DNA of 64,000 nucleotides. Source: an uncultured Candidatus Saccharibacteria bacterium. GTDB taxonomy: Bacteria; Patescibacteriota; UBA1384; JACPKC01. Location of the stretch: positions 24,156-88,155 of the forward strand of contig CAYRGD010000001.1 of NCBI GenBank assembly GCA_964423885.1, given 5' to 3'. Positions 9,960 to 20,113 of this stretch are shown here, one piece after another. The translations under genes were made by a program, and so were the position numbers. Positions within the stretch are counted from its first letter, which is position 1. Every line of letters begins with the position of its first letter. The notes beneath the pieces are model-generated. The model ran no database searches and was not told the DNA's origin. It was given only the letters and a program-made list of their open reading frames with translations.

Positions 9960-12567
9960 ATGGCGAGTACGAACAGACGTGCGGCAGCCGGCATGCGCCG
10001 CTTGCTGGCGTTGACGCTCCTGGTTGCGCTCCAAGCCTTGGGTATCCAGGTTGCGGCCCCGTTCGCAGCCCCGAGCTACGACACTGCTACGGCCGCTACT
10101 CAATCCGCCTACGCGAATCTCCCGCTTGCCTTCGAGCCGAACCTCGGCCAAGCAGGCGATGGGATTAGCTATCTCGTCCACCACGGCCAGGCCGTGACCG
10201 CCTTCTCGTCGACCGGCACCACGACCAGTATCGGCGGGAAACAGATCGCGATGACGTTGCGCGGCGCGGCGGCACAGGACTTCGCGGGTACCGATGAACT
10301 CCCGTCGAAGACCAACTACTTCCTCGGCAACGACCAATCCGACTGGCACTCGGATATTCCGAACTACGCAAAGTTATTTGCCAAGGACGTCTATCCTGGC
10401 ATCGACCTGGCCTACTACGGCACGAACTCACAGCTGGAACACGACTTCATCGTCAGTCCCGGTGCGAATTACAAACAAATCGCCTTCGGCTTCACCGGGC
10501 AGGACGATCTGACCTTGGACGATGACGGTAAACTCGTTCTCAAAGTGGGCGACGACCAGCTAACCTTGAATGCTCCGGTCACGTACCAGACCGACACTAA
10601 CTCGAAGCACACGATCCCGAGCAGCTTTGAACTCCACGACGGCACCGTTACGGTCACTGTTGCCGACACGTACGACCCGGCGAAACCGCTCGTCATCGAC
10701 CCGGTGTTGTCGCTGGCGTACTCCACATACCTGGGCGGGAGCGGGAGCGACACCGCCAACGCGATCGCCGTCGACGACGACGGGAACGCCTACGTAGCAG
10801 GTATAACCACCTCGGCAGACTTTCCGACCGCGTCGCCATACCAGGGGAGTCTTGTCGGCCAGCAGGCTGCGTTCGTCGTCAAGTTCAACCCCGCCGGTTC
10901 GGCCTTGCTGTACGCTACCTATCTGGGCGGGGGCGCCGACACGGCAACGTGGGGAAACAGTATCGCGGCTGACAGTAGCGGCAGTGCCTATGTTGCCGGT
11001 AGTACCGAGGCCGCCGATTTCCCGACCGTCTCGCCATATCAAGGGAGCCTGATAGGTTTCCAAAATGCCTTTATCACGAAGCTCGACCCGTCCGGTTCCG
11101 CCCTCGTCTACTCGACGTATCTGGGCGGGAGCAACAGCGATGCAGTGAGCGCTCTTGCCGTCGATGCCTCCGGCAATGCCTATGCAACCGGCTACACAGT
11201 GTCCTCTGACTTCCCAACCGCTTCGCCGTTCCAGGGGAGCCTCGACGGCACGAATGCCGATGCCTTCGTCGCCAAACTCGACCCGTCCGGTTCCGCCCTC
11301 GTCTACTCGACCTACTTGGGCGGGGACAGCCTCGATCTCGGCGAGGGTATCGCCGTGGATGCGTCAGGTAGCGCCTACATAGCAGGCTCGACGCTGTCGA
11401 CCGACTTTCCCACTGCCTCACCGTTCCAGGGCAGCTCTAGTGTCGGTGGCGATGCCTTCGTGACCAAGCTCAATCCGGCCGGTTCAGCCTTGGTGTATTC
11501 GACCTACTTGGGCGGGAATAGCGGGGAAGAGGCGAGGGGTGTGGCTGTCGACGCCGACGGCAACGCGTACCTCGCCGGTTTGACCGAGTCGACCGATTTC
11601 CCGACCTCATCGCCGTACCAGGGAAGCAGTGGCGGCTCGCAAGACGCCTTCGTCGCCAAGCTGAACGCTGCCGGTTCGGCGTTGGTCTACTCGACCTACC
11701 TGGGCGGGAGTGGCGGCGATGGCGCCTACGACATTGCCGTCGACGCTACTGGCAACACATATGTCACTGGGGGGCACGGACTCGCCCGACTTTCCAACCA
11801 CCTCGCCGTTCCAGGCTGCGAGCGGTGGCGCCACCGATGCTTTCGTCGCGGAATTGAATCCGGCCGGCTCGGCCTTGGACTATTCCACCTATCTAGGCGG
11901 GAGCGCGGGCGATAATACCAATGCTCTTGCCGTCGATGCTGCCGGCAGTGCCTACGTAACAGGATCGACGCTGTCGTCCGATTTTCCGACCCAGTCGCCG
12001 TTCCAAGGCAGTCTCGGTGGTATAGACGATGCGCTTGTCACCAAGTTATCGGACGGGTTGGACATCGTTGCCCGCGTAAATCCGACCCTCACGTTCACCG
12101 TCGGCAGTACGAGTTGCGCTCTTGGCACGCTTTCGACCACCCAGACCCAGCAGTGCACGTACACGCTGTCCGCGGCGACGAACGGGGAATCCGGGTACGG
12201 TATTTCGTATCTTCCTGCAGCTACCTTAACCAGTGGCGGGAACACGATTACCGCCTTGGGGTCGCCGACTGCCAGTACGCTCAATACGGAGCAGTTCGGG
12301 TTGAACTTGGCAGCCAATACCGCAGCCGGGTCACATACGGCGACGGATTTCGGTGCGGCACCGTCGGGTGGATCCGGTGCCGCAGTAGTCAACTACGCCA
12401 CGGCCAACTCATTCAAGTTCGCCACTGCCGGTGACCAAGTCGCGTCGTCGGCCGGTCCGTCACTCGCGACCACGTACACCGTCTCGACCATCGCGAACAT
12501 CGGGAACGCCACCGAGGCCGGGGCATATAGTACGATCGTGACGTTCAACGTTGTTGCGGGATACTAG
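9960..12567 (+). CDS. Large secreted SBBP beta-propeller-repeat surface protein with C-terminal SCPU-like domain; carries a single +1 frameshift (possible pseudogene or sequencing error)
   Basis: Signal peptide, then at least 9 tandem units of consensus YSTYLGGSxxDxAxAIAVDxxGNAYVxGxTxSxDFPTxSPYQGSLxGxxDAFVxKLxPxGSALV (PF06739-like). Track ORFs 9960-11915 and 11710-12567 are the same repeat array in two frames. Deleting one G from the G6 run near 11768-11773 restores YVTGGTDSPDFPTTSPFQ. The C-term LTFTVGSTSCALG...GAYSTIVTFNVVAGY resembles a spore-coat-U/Csu pilin domain. Confidence 0.75.
10690..11760 (+). repeat. Intragenic tandem repeats (about 190-200 nt units) encoding SBBP beta-propeller blades
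   Basis: Near-identical DNA segments recur, e.g. cgacccgtccggttccgccctcgtctactcgac at about 11086 and about 11282. The protein repeats are listed above. Confidence 0.6.
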
Positions 12568-12571
12568 GCGT

Positions 12572-14134
12572 ATGCAGCGTCGCGTTCCTCTGTTCTGGTT
12601 CGACCACGCCCACGAGTGGCTGGCGCGGCATTCCGACCTGTACGGCCGGTGGCACGAGGCGCCGGTTGCCAGCGCGGTCCACTGGTTGGCGCTGGCCGGC
12701 TACCTGGTGCTGGTAGCAACGCTTGGCAGTGCGGCCGTGGCGCCAGCCCTGTCTGCGAGCGCCGAAACGAACGCCATCGATTTCGAAGCCGGGTACGTGG
12801 CCGGGAACATCGACGGCCAGCAAGGCTGGACGAATACGGGCGGGCTCGACGCGGCCGTGGTGCCGAACACGTACGGGTACGCGCCGTTCGGAGCGACCAG
12901 TCTGCGGATCTCGAACGGCATCACCTCGAGCGGGTTCGGCAACCAGCCCTTCGCGCCGTACCTGGATGAAGAGGCGGGGGAAACCACAGCCTACTCGACC
13001 GCCCCGACGCCCACGCGGTGGTCGTCGTTCTTCGCCCAGTTCGACGTGGCCTCCACCGTGCCAGGCGCCGAGCAGTCGGGCCTAGCCGTCCGAGTGAGCC
13101 CGGACGCGGGCGGCGGTATCCGTATGGCCTGGCTCGAGATCGTGGATACGCCGTCGGGCCTTGCGATCAATACGCAGGATTTCCACGACCTGCCGCCCTA
13201 CGGCAGCACCGGCTCGCCGTCGGACGGGTGCGGCGTGGGCGGCGACACGTTCACCGGAGCATCCGTGGCAAGCGGGCTTGACCGGAGCGTGCCGCATACG
13301 GTGCGGATCGCTATGACGCTCATCGACGGGCCGGCCAACGACGTCGTATCGATCTACGTCGACGGTGCGCTCGCGTTCACCGGCACCGACTGGGAAGACT
13401 ACCACCGCTGGTGCGAAGGCGCGCCCAACGAAAGCCGCACGATCCGGACGTTGCTCTTCCGCATGAGCGGCGCAGCTGCGCCGGCTGCCCTGGGCAACGG
13501 CTTGTTATTCGACAACTTCATTATCGCGTCAGGCGCACTGCCCAAGGCGATCACGGCATTCAGTATCAACGGGTCGGCCGGCACGATCGACCAGTCGACG
13601 CATACCGTCGCGGTCACGGTGCCGTACGGCACGGACGCAACGTCGCTCGCGCCGACGGTCGCGATAGCCGGCGCATCGGTGAGCCCTGCGAGCGGCAGTG
13701 CCCAAGACTTTACCCTGCCGCGCACCTATACGGTCACGGCCGCCGATCTGACCACCCAAGACTATCTTGTGACCGTCACGGCCGCTGCTGCGCCGCCGAC
13801 CGATGACGCAGCAACCGAGGAACCGATACCGGATACGGTAGGGGGTGCTGCCGCCACTCGTACCGGGACAACCACGCTGCCAGCCGCTACGCCGAAGCCC
13901 CTCCCGGGTGCAGGGTCGGCTGAAACGGGCCCTGCTTCGTCGGACATGACGCTCGGCATTACCGATGCCTCTGCCACTGTACCGGTTACGGTCGCCGGCT
14001 CGACAAGCGTGTTCCAGGCGACCTGGCTCTTCCTGCTGCTGTTCTTCCTCTTGTTACTCTGTCTCGTCCAGTTCTGGCGGACGCTCGACGACGACGGCTT
14101 GATCGCCGTCCGGCAGACTACTCGCCGGGAATAA
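12572..14134 (+). CDS. Cell-surface protein with LamG/concanavalin-like and Ig-like domains and a C-terminal hydrophobic anchor
   Basis: ATG at 12572 right after the upstream stop; the track start 12551 is a TTG overlapping the previous gene. N-terminal signal anchor; Ig-like module FSINGSAGTIDQSTHTVAVTVPYGTDATSLAPTVAIAGA...; C-terminal WLFLLLFFLLLLCLV plus charged tail. Confidence 0.6.
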   Translation: MQRRVPLFWFDHAHEWLARHSDLYGRWHEAPVASAVHWLALAGYLVLVATLGSAAVAPALSASAETNAIDFEAGYVAGNIDGQQGWTNTGGLDAAVVPNTYGYAPFGATSLRISNGITSSGFGNQPFAPYLDEEAGETTAYSTAPTPTRWSSFFAQFDVASTVPGAEQSGLAVRVSPDAGGGIRMAWLEIVDTPSGLAINTQDFHDLPPYGSTGSPSDGCGVGGDTFTGASVASGLDRSVPHTVRIAMTLIDGPANDVVSIYVDGALAFTGTDWEDYHRWCEGAPNESRTIRTLLFRMSGAAAPAALGNGLLFDNFIIASGALPKAITAFSINGSAGTIDQSTHTVAVTVPYGTDATSLAPTVAIAGASVSPASGSAQDFTLPRTYTVTAADLTTQDYLVTVTAAAAPPTDDAATEEPIPDTVGGAAATRTGTTTLPAATPKPLPGAGSAETGPASSDMTLGITDASATVPVTVAGSTSVFQATWLFLLLFFLLLLCLVQFWRTLDDDGLIAVRQTTRRE

Positions 14135-14633
14135 GGACGATCCGGATCGCGGTGCCGCCGACGGCCGCGTCTACCAGAAAACCGAAGAGCGGCTGGACGC
14201 CTGGTTGGGTCTGGCTTGTGGCAGGTGCCGTCAACCGGTACGGCGACGTATCGAGCCGGGCATGGAGGTCGTCGAGTTCAGCCTGCGTGATCGGCTCGTC
14301 GGTTGTGTAGCGCAACAGCGACTCGTGCGGTCCGGACGTAGTGCTCGCTGCCCGTTGCGCCTCGGTGAAGGCCTGATCCGCCACGGCGCAGCCCTTGTCG
14401 AACGCCTCGCAGCGGTTCGTCTGGGCGACGCCCATCAGCCGCACGGCCGACCCAAAGACTGGTTCGAGGATATCCCGCAGGAGCATCGTGTTCTCGTCGA
14501 CGAGGCCGTTCTGCGCCAGCTGCGCATCGAACCCTATCGGTTGGCCCGGCTCGAGCTGCTGTTTCGCGGCCTGGTAGCCCGCGGTACTCGCTATGAGCGC
14601 GGTTAGGATGACAACTGTCCAGGTAGTGCGCAT
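14118..14633 (-). CDS. Small secreted hypothetical protein
   Basis: Internal start MRTTWTVVILTALIASTAGY (signal peptide) at 14633, preceded by a strong AAGGAGGAG ribosome-binding site. The track ORF extends further upstream (to 14858) without a ribosome-binding site. Confidence 0.6.
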   Translation of the reverse strand: MRTTWTVVILTALIASTAGYQAAKQQLEPGQPIGFDAQLAQNGLVDENTMLLRDILEPVFGSAVRLMGVAQTNRCEAFDKGCAVADQAFTEAQRAASTTSGPHESLLRYTTDEPITQAELDDLHARLDTSPYRLTAPATSQTQPGVQPLFGFLVDAAVGGTAIRIVLIPGE

Positions 14634-14700
14634 GCTCCTCCTTCGTACTGCGTATAGTGTACCAAGCCCGAGCACGGTACCGCTGTGGTAGGATGCAGGT

Positions 14701-16062
14701 ATGGCGAAAGCGTCGGCTGCCACGTACGTCTGCACCGAATGTGGGAACGAAACCGCCCAATGGGCGGGCAAGTGCCCGGCCTGCGGCACGTGGAACTCGC
14801 TCAAGGAGCTGCGGGGGATCGGTGCGGCGCACACCAAGCCGACCGGTGCGCAGCGCAAGGCGTGGGTCGAGGCGGTGGCACCGGTATCGGCCGCGGACGC
14901 CGCCCAGGCACAGAAGACACTCGAACGGTTCCCGTCGATGCCCGAGGTCGACCGTGTCCTAGGCAGCGGATTCGTGCCTGGCAGCGTCCTGCTGCTGGCC
15001 GGCGAGCCGGGGATCGGGAAGTCGACGCTGCTGCTCGCGGTCGCCGACGCGGTGGCGGCCGGCGGCCCTGTCCGCTACCTGTCGGGCGAGGAATCGGCCG
15101 CCCAGGTACTCGACCGCGCCCGTCGGCTCGGTATCGCGAGCCCGCAGCTTACCGTGGCCTCGCTCACCGACGTCGACGCGATCATCGCGGCCATGGCCGC
15201 CGAGCCGCTGCCACGCCTTGCGATCGTCGATTCTATCCAGACCGTGTTCGATCCGTCGATCCCGTCGACGCCCGGCAGTTTGGTGCAGGTGCGTGACTCG
15301 GCCCTGCGCTTGACCGAAGCGGCCAAGCGCCAGGGAACGACCCTTATCCTGTCGAGCCACGTCACCAAGGAGGGGACGCTGGCCGGGCCGCGGACGCTCG
15401 AACACTTGGTGGACGTTGTACTCTACCTGGAAGGCGACCGGTACCACGTGTTGCGGATGCTGCGCGGCGTCAAGAACCGGTTCGGCCCCACCGACGAGGT
15501 CGGGGTGTTCCAGATGAAGGAGTCCGGCCTCGAGGCCGTCGCCAATCCGTCAGCCCGGTTCCTGTCGGAGCGGAGCGAGCAGTTGCCGGGATCAGTGCTC
15601 ACCTGCGTGCTCGAAGGCATGCGGCCGTTCCTGATCGAGGTGCAGGCGCTCACCACGCCGACCAAGTTCGGCTACGCCAAGCGGCGGGGGATCGGCGTCG
15701 ATACCAACCGGCTCGAACTGGTGCTGGCGGTACTCGAACGCCGGGCCGGACTCAAATTGTCGGAGCATGACGTGTTCGTGAACGTGGTGGGCGGCCTCAA
15801 AACCCAAGAACCGGCGACCGACCTTGCCATCGCCGCGGCGATCGCGAGCTCGCTCAAGAACGTCCCGGCCGACCCGAAGCTCGTATTCGTGGGCGAGATC
15901 GGGCTCACCGGCGAGCTGCGCCGGGTGCGGTTTGCCGAGCGTCGCGCCAAAGAAGCGTCCCGGTTCGGGTTCGCGATGGCGGGCGGCAAGGATGTCGGCT
16001 CTGTTTTGACTACGCTTTTCGGCGGCCCGCGCCCGGTGCGCCGGACTACGGCAGCGTCGTAA
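14701..16062 (+). CDS. radA: DNA repair protein RadA/Sms
   Basis: N-terminal C4 zinc finger (CTECGNETAQWAGKCPACGTW), Walker A LLAGEPGIGKSTLLL, Lon-protease-like C-terminal domain. Confidence 0.9.
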   Translation: MAKASAATYVCTECGNETAQWAGKCPACGTWNSLKELRGIGAAHTKPTGAQRKAWVEAVAPVSAADAAQAQKTLERFPSMPEVDRVLGSGFVPGSVLLLAGEPGIGKSTLLLAVADAVAAGGPVRYLSGEESAAQVLDRARRLGIASPQLTVASLTDVDAIIAAMAAEPLPRLAIVDSIQTVFDPSIPSTPGSLVQVRDSALRLTEAAKRQGTTLILSSHVTKEGTLAGPRTLEHLVDVVLYLEGDRYHVLRMLRGVKNRFGPTDEVGVFQMKESGLEAVANPSARFLSERSEQLPGSVLTCVLEGMRPFLIEVQALTTPTKFGYAKRRGIGVDTNRLELVLAVLERRAGLKLSEHDVFVNVVGGLKTQEPATDLAIAAAIASSLKNVPADPKLVFVGEIGLTGELRRVRFAERRAKEASRFGFAMAGGKDVGSVLTTLFGGPRPVRRTTAAS

Positions 16063-18862
16063 CGGTCGTCTGTTCGGTCGTCTGGCTTTCGTTCCCGAAC
16101 GAGTCGACCGGGCGGATCGTGAGGTAGTACTTGACGCCTCCGGCCAGGTTCTTGACCGACAGCGAGCTCGTGGATCCCGGCGTCACCGCGACCTCGGTCG
16201 GGTAGAGCGTACCGAGCGTGTCTTTGATGGTCGAGACGTAGATGCGGACCCGTTCCAGGTCGGTGTCGGAAGGGTTCGTCCAGTTGAGGTGCGCGCCTTG
16301 GCTTTCCGGCAGGGCCGAGATGAACTTCGCTTTGCCCGGCGGCGTGGTGTCGCCTTCGACGTGGACCATGACCGACTGGCTCGTGCTGGCGCCGTTCACG
16401 TCGCGGACCGTGGCCGTGAGCGTGTGGTCGCCGACGCCCAGGTCGGACGTCTTGACGGTAAAGGTATACGGGCTGGCCGTCGCGGTTCCGTAGCTGATCC
16501 CGTCGACCGACAGCGCGACCGACGCGACGCCGAACGAGGCGGCCGGCTTGGTCACGACCAAGAAGGTACCGCTCACGGTCGCCCCGTCGGTCGGCGCGGT
16601 GATCGAGACAGTGGGGATCGTGGCATCGGTGTACATGTCGTCGGTTTCGGTCGGTGGCGAGCTCATGTCGTAGCCGTGGCCCCGCGCCCACTCGATGACC
16701 GGGTTTTCCCAGCTCGGCGTGTCCTTGCGTTCGGAATGGATCACGGTATAGGTGTGTTCTTCGGTCAGCGATTCCGGCGTCAGGCTGGTGGCCAGCTTGC
16801 CGTTCAGCTTGTTGAGTTTTACCTTCACGTGGACGTCGTCGGACCCTTTCGGCATCTGCCAGGGCGCGAACAGGTCGGCCACGGTCTCGGGCGACGAGTC
16901 GGTCGGGAACTTGTTGCTTAACCGGTCGACGGTCACCGTCTTAAGGCTGTCTGGCCGCACGAAGTCGTGGCGCTCGATCGTGCCCAGCGCGCTTTCCATG
17001 AAGGTGTGGAAAATCGGGGCTGCTACCACCGAGCCGTCGGCGTTCTTCATTCCCGTATTGTCGTTATTGCCCACCCAAACCGCGGTCGCGATGTCGGGCG
17101 TGTAGCCGACTGTCCAGGCGTCGTGGAATTCCTGGGTCGTGCCGGTTTTCGCCGCCACCTGGTACTTGGAGAAGTAGAGCGCCGAGCGCGGCCCGAACAC
17201 GGCCGACCGGGCGGCGTTGTCGCTCAAAATATCGGTGATCTGGTAGGCGATCGCCGGATCCAAGACGTCCTTTTCGCCGGTACCCGCTTTATGCTCGAAG
17301 AGCGAGGTGCCGTCGGACGCCGCCACCTTGAGGATGCTCACCGGCGGCCGGTAGGTGCCGCCGTCAGCGAAGACCGAAAAGGCGCTCGCCATGTCGATCG
17401 GCTTGACCTCGCCGCCACCGAGCACGAGCGCCAGGCCGTAGCGTTCCGGCTGGTTCAAGGTCGTGATACCCAGGTCGTGGGCCGTCTGCAACGCGTTGTC
17501 GAGCCCGACCAGGCCGAGCATCTTCACTGCCGGGATATTGAGCGAGTTGGCAAGCGAGAACCGTACGGACACGGGCCCGCGGAACCCGCCGTCGTAGTTG
17601 TTCGGTTTGTAGTTGCCGAAGTCGGTCGGCACGTCCCAGAGCGTGGTCGCCGGGTTGTAGCCCTGCTTGAACCCGGTCGCGTAGACGATCGGCTTGAAAC
17701 TCGAGCCCGGTTGCCGTTCCGACAGCGTGACGTTGACGTTGCCGTCGTGCTCGGTGTCGAAGTAGTCCGCCGACCCGACCATCGCGAGCACCTCGCCGGT
17801 GTGCGGGTCGAGCGAGATGAGCGCCGCGTTGCTGCCGCCGCGTTGGCGGACCTTGGCCATGCCTTGGTCGATCGCCGCCTCGGCCTGTTCCTGTAACCCC
17901 AGGTCGAGCGAGGTGGTTACCTTGAGCCCGCCTTCCTCGACCCGCTGCTCGCCGAACTGGTCGACCAGCTGCTCGCGGATGTAGAAGACGAAGTGCGGCG
18001 CCTTGATCGAATCCTTCTGCGGCACCACCGCGATATCGGTCGCCTTGGCCGCGTCGGCGGCCGCGCGGGTCACGTCGCCCAGGTCGGCCATGGTGTCCAG
18101 GATGAAGTCGCGCCGGGCTTTCAAATCGTCGGTGTGGGTGCCGTAGGGCGAGAAGTAGGTCGGGCGCTGGGGAATGCCGGCAAGCAGGGCAGCCTGTTCA
18201 AGGTTCAGCTCCTTGGCCGGCTTTTCGAAGAACGCCTGCGATGCCGCCTCGATCCCGTAGATATTGCTGCCGTACGGGATCTCATTGAGGTACATCGTCA
18301 GGATCTCGTCCTTGCTGAACATGCTTTCGATCTCGAGCGAGAGAATGAGTTCCTTGATCTTGCGGTCCAAGGCTTTCTGGTTCGTGAGCAGGGCGTTCTT
18401 GACGTACTGTTGGGTGATCGTCGAGCCGCCGACCCGTTTGCCGGTGAATACGTCGATGAACACCGACCGTAGGATGCCTTGGAAATCGACGCCGTGATGT
18501 TTGTAGAAGTTTTTGTCCTCGACCGCGACCACCGCCTGTTTGACCACGTCGGGGATATCGGCGCTCGCGAGCGTCCGGCGGTTCTCGTCGCCGTGGATCT
18601 CGTACAGGAGCGTCCCGTTCCGGTCGTAGATCTGGCTCGACTGCGCCGCCTGGCGTTCTCGGATCTTGCCCGGTGTCGGCAGGTCTTTGGAGTACCAAGC
18701 GAAGAGCGCGGCCACCAGGAATACGCCCGTGACCGCGGCCAGGCGGATCCGGCGCCAGAACTTCTTTTTGTCGGTTTTGGCCCACGCGGTACGGACCCGG
18801 CGGACAAGGGTGCCGATCGACGGGACGCGCGGCGGCTTGGGAGAGGGTTTGGTGTGTGCCAT
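16046..18862 (-). CDS. Class A penicillin-binding protein (transglycosylase/transpeptidase) with C-terminal Ig/FN3-like domains
   Basis: Start MAHTKPSPK at 18862 followed by a TM segment. GT51 motifs (EDKNFYKHHGVD, RVGGSTITQQ), transpeptidase SxxK (SSFKP) and KTGT, then about 250 aa of extra Ig-like beta-sandwich modules. The track ORF's N-terminal 317 aa are an artefactual extension antisense to tyrS. Confidence 0.85.
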   Translation of the reverse strand: MAHTKPSPKPPRVPSIGTLVRRVRTAWAKTDKKKFWRRIRLAAVTGVFLVAALFAWYSKDLPTPGKIRERQAAQSSQIYDRNGTLLYEIHGDENRRTLASADIPDVVKQAVVAVEDKNFYKHHGVDFQGILRSVFIDVFTGKRVGGSTITQQYVKNALLTNQKALDRKIKELILSLEIESMFSKDEILTMYLNEIPYGSNIYGIEAASQAFFEKPAKELNLEQAALLAGIPQRPTYFSPYGTHTDDLKARRDFILDTMADLGDVTRAAADAAKATDIAVVPQKDSIKAPHFVFYIREQLVDQFGEQRVEEGGLKVTTSLDLGLQEQAEAAIDQGMAKVRQRGGSNAALISLDPHTGEVLAMVGSADYFDTEHDGNVNVTLSERQPGSSFKPIVYATGFKQGYNPATTLWDVPTDFGNYKPNNYDGGFRGPVSVRFSLANSLNIPAVKMLGLVGLDNALQTAHDLGITTLNQPERYGLALVLGGGEVKPIDMASAFSVFADGGTYRPPVSILKVAASDGTSLFEHKAGTGEKDVLDPAIAYQITDILSDNAARSAVFGPRSALYFSKYQVAAKTGTTQEFHDAWTVGYTPDIATAVWVGNNDNTGMKNADGSVVAAPIFHTFMESALGTIERHDFVRPDSLKTVTVDRLSNKFPTDSSPETVADLFAPWQMPKGSDDVHVKVKLNKLNGKLATSLTPESLTEEHTYTVIHSERKDTPSWENPVIEWARGHGYDMSSPPTETDDMYTDATIPTVSITAPTDGATVSGTFLVVTKPAASFGVASVALSVDGISYGTATASPYTFTVKTSDLGVGDHTLTATVRDVNGASTSQSVMVHVEGDTTPPGKAKFISALPESQGAHLNWTNPSDTDLERVRIYVSTIKDTLGTLYPTEVAVTPGSTSSLSVKNLAGGVKYYLTIRPVDSFGNESQTTEQTTVTTLP

Positions 18863-18880
18863 AGAGGAAGGAATCGTCGC

Positions 18881-18909
18881 TTGAGATTCTACCACATCCT
18901 TTCTATACT
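18881..18909 (+). promoter_or_regulatory. Sigma-70-like promoter for tyrS (TTGAGA-N17-TATACT)
   Basis: -35 TTGAGA at 18881-18886, 17-nt spacer, -10 TATACT at 18904-18909, then AGGAG ribosome-binding site at 18921 and ATG at 18932. Confidence 0.55.
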
Positions 18910-18931
18910 TTCCGGGAGTAAGGAGTATCCG

Positions 18932-20113
18932 ATGGCCCGATCTTTCTGGGACTTGGCGGTCGACCGCGTCTACCCGTCGGTTGCGGCGTTCACGGCCGCT
19001 GCCGCGCAGCCGTTGCGCGTCTACTTGGGCGTCGACCCGACGAGCCCGCACATCCACCTGGGGACCGCGGTGCCGCTCCGGATTCTGGCCCGGCTGCAAG
19101 AACAGGGGCACACCGTGATCCTGCTCATGGGCGGGTTCACGGCCCGTATCGGCGACCCGACCGGCCGCGACGCTACCCGCCCCGAGCTCACCGCCGACGA
19201 GGTGGCCGCCAATATGACCACCTACGCCGAGCAGGCCTTCGCGATCCTCGACCCGAAGCGGACGCTGGTGCGCGACAACGCCGAGTGGTGGGGCGCTGCC
19301 GGCGAGATGGGCACGCTCGAGGCGTTCCTGGGGCTTGGCCGGCAGTTCACCGCCGCGCAGCTGCTCGAACGAGACATGTTCCAGGAGCGGGCCAAGGCCG
19401 GGCAACCGGTCACCTTGACCGAGCTTCTCTACCCGGTCATCCAGGCCTACGATTCCGTGATGCTCGATGTCGACGCCGAGCTCGGCGGCACCGACCAGAC
19501 GTTCAACATGCTTGCCGGCCGGACACTTATGCGCCAACAGAAACAAAAGGAAAAGTACGTGCTGACGACCCGGCTGCTCACCGGTTCCGACGGCCGCAAG
19601 ATGAGCAAGTCGTACGGGAACGCGGTCTGGATCACCGACAGCCCGGCCGAGATGTTCGGCAAGCTTATGGCAGTGAGCGACGCGGTCTTGCCCGAGTACT
19701 GCGCGCTCGCGGCCGGGATCGATCCCGACGAACCGGTATTCGCGGCCCTGATCCGGAGCGACCCGCGTGCGGCCAAGGCGAAGATGGCCTACGAAACGGT
19801 GGCGTTCTACCACGGTGCCGAGGCGGCCGAAACCGCCAGCCGGGGCTTCGACCGCCAGTTCCGCGACGGCGCCCTGCCCGACGAGATCGCCGAACGTTGG
19901 CCGTCGGTGGTTGCGCAGGAACGACTGACGTTCTTTTTGGTCGACCTGGGCCTGGCAAGCTCCAAGACCGAGGCAGCGCGCCTTATCGCCCAGGGCGGGG
20001 TCAAGGTCGACGGTGCCGTCATCACAGACCCGTTCGCGGCGCTCATGCCCCGGCCGGGGATGCTCATCCAGGTGGGCAAGCGCCAGTTCGTCCGTCTGGC
20101 CGAACCGCGATGA
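18932..20113 (+). CDS. tyrS: Tyrosyl-tRNA synthetase
   Basis: Start MARSFWDLA with an AGGAG ribosome-binding site. HIGH-region PTSPHIHLGT, KMSKS motif (KMSKSYGNAV), C-terminal S4 domain. The track ORF from 18479 is an extension. Confidence 0.9.
   Translation: MARSFWDLAVDRVYPSVAAFTAAAAQPLRVYLGVDPTSPHIHLGTAVPLRILARLQEQGHTVILLMGGFTARIGDPTGRDATRPELTADEVAANMTTYAEQAFAILDPKRTLVRDNAEWWGAAGEMGTLEAFLGLGRQFTAAQLLERDMFQERAKAGQPVTLTELLYPVIQAYDSVMLDVDAELGGTDQTFNMLAGRTLMRQQKQKEKYVLTTRLLTGSDGRKMSKSYGNAVWITDSPAEMFGKLMAVSDAVLPEYCALAAGIDPDEPVFAALIRSDPRAAKAKMAYETVAFYHGAEAAETASRGFDRQFRDGALPDEIAERWPSVVAQERLTFFLVDLGLASSKTEAARLIAQGGVKVDGAVITDPFAALMPRPGMLIQVGKRQFVRLAEPR

Noticed and set aside
13850-13935. LPGAGSAETG near the C-terminus of the LamG-like surface protein as a sortase motif
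   Set aside because: It is not LPxTG/LAxTG in register, and the hydrophobic anchor is about 35 residues further on, which is too far for a canonical sorting signal.
18863-19813. 317-aa N-terminal extension of the PBP ORF (the track calls it 1255 aa)
   Set aside because: It is antisense to tyrS, and the PBP signal-anchor and GT51 domain begin right after the Met at 18862.
18479-20109. Upstream in-frame extensions of tyrS (from 18479) and argS (from 19285)
   Set aside because: Each extension overlaps the preceding real gene or promoter. The true N-termini (MARSFWDL with an AGGAG ribosome-binding site; MTWYLPAL at an ATGA junction) align with the enzyme families.
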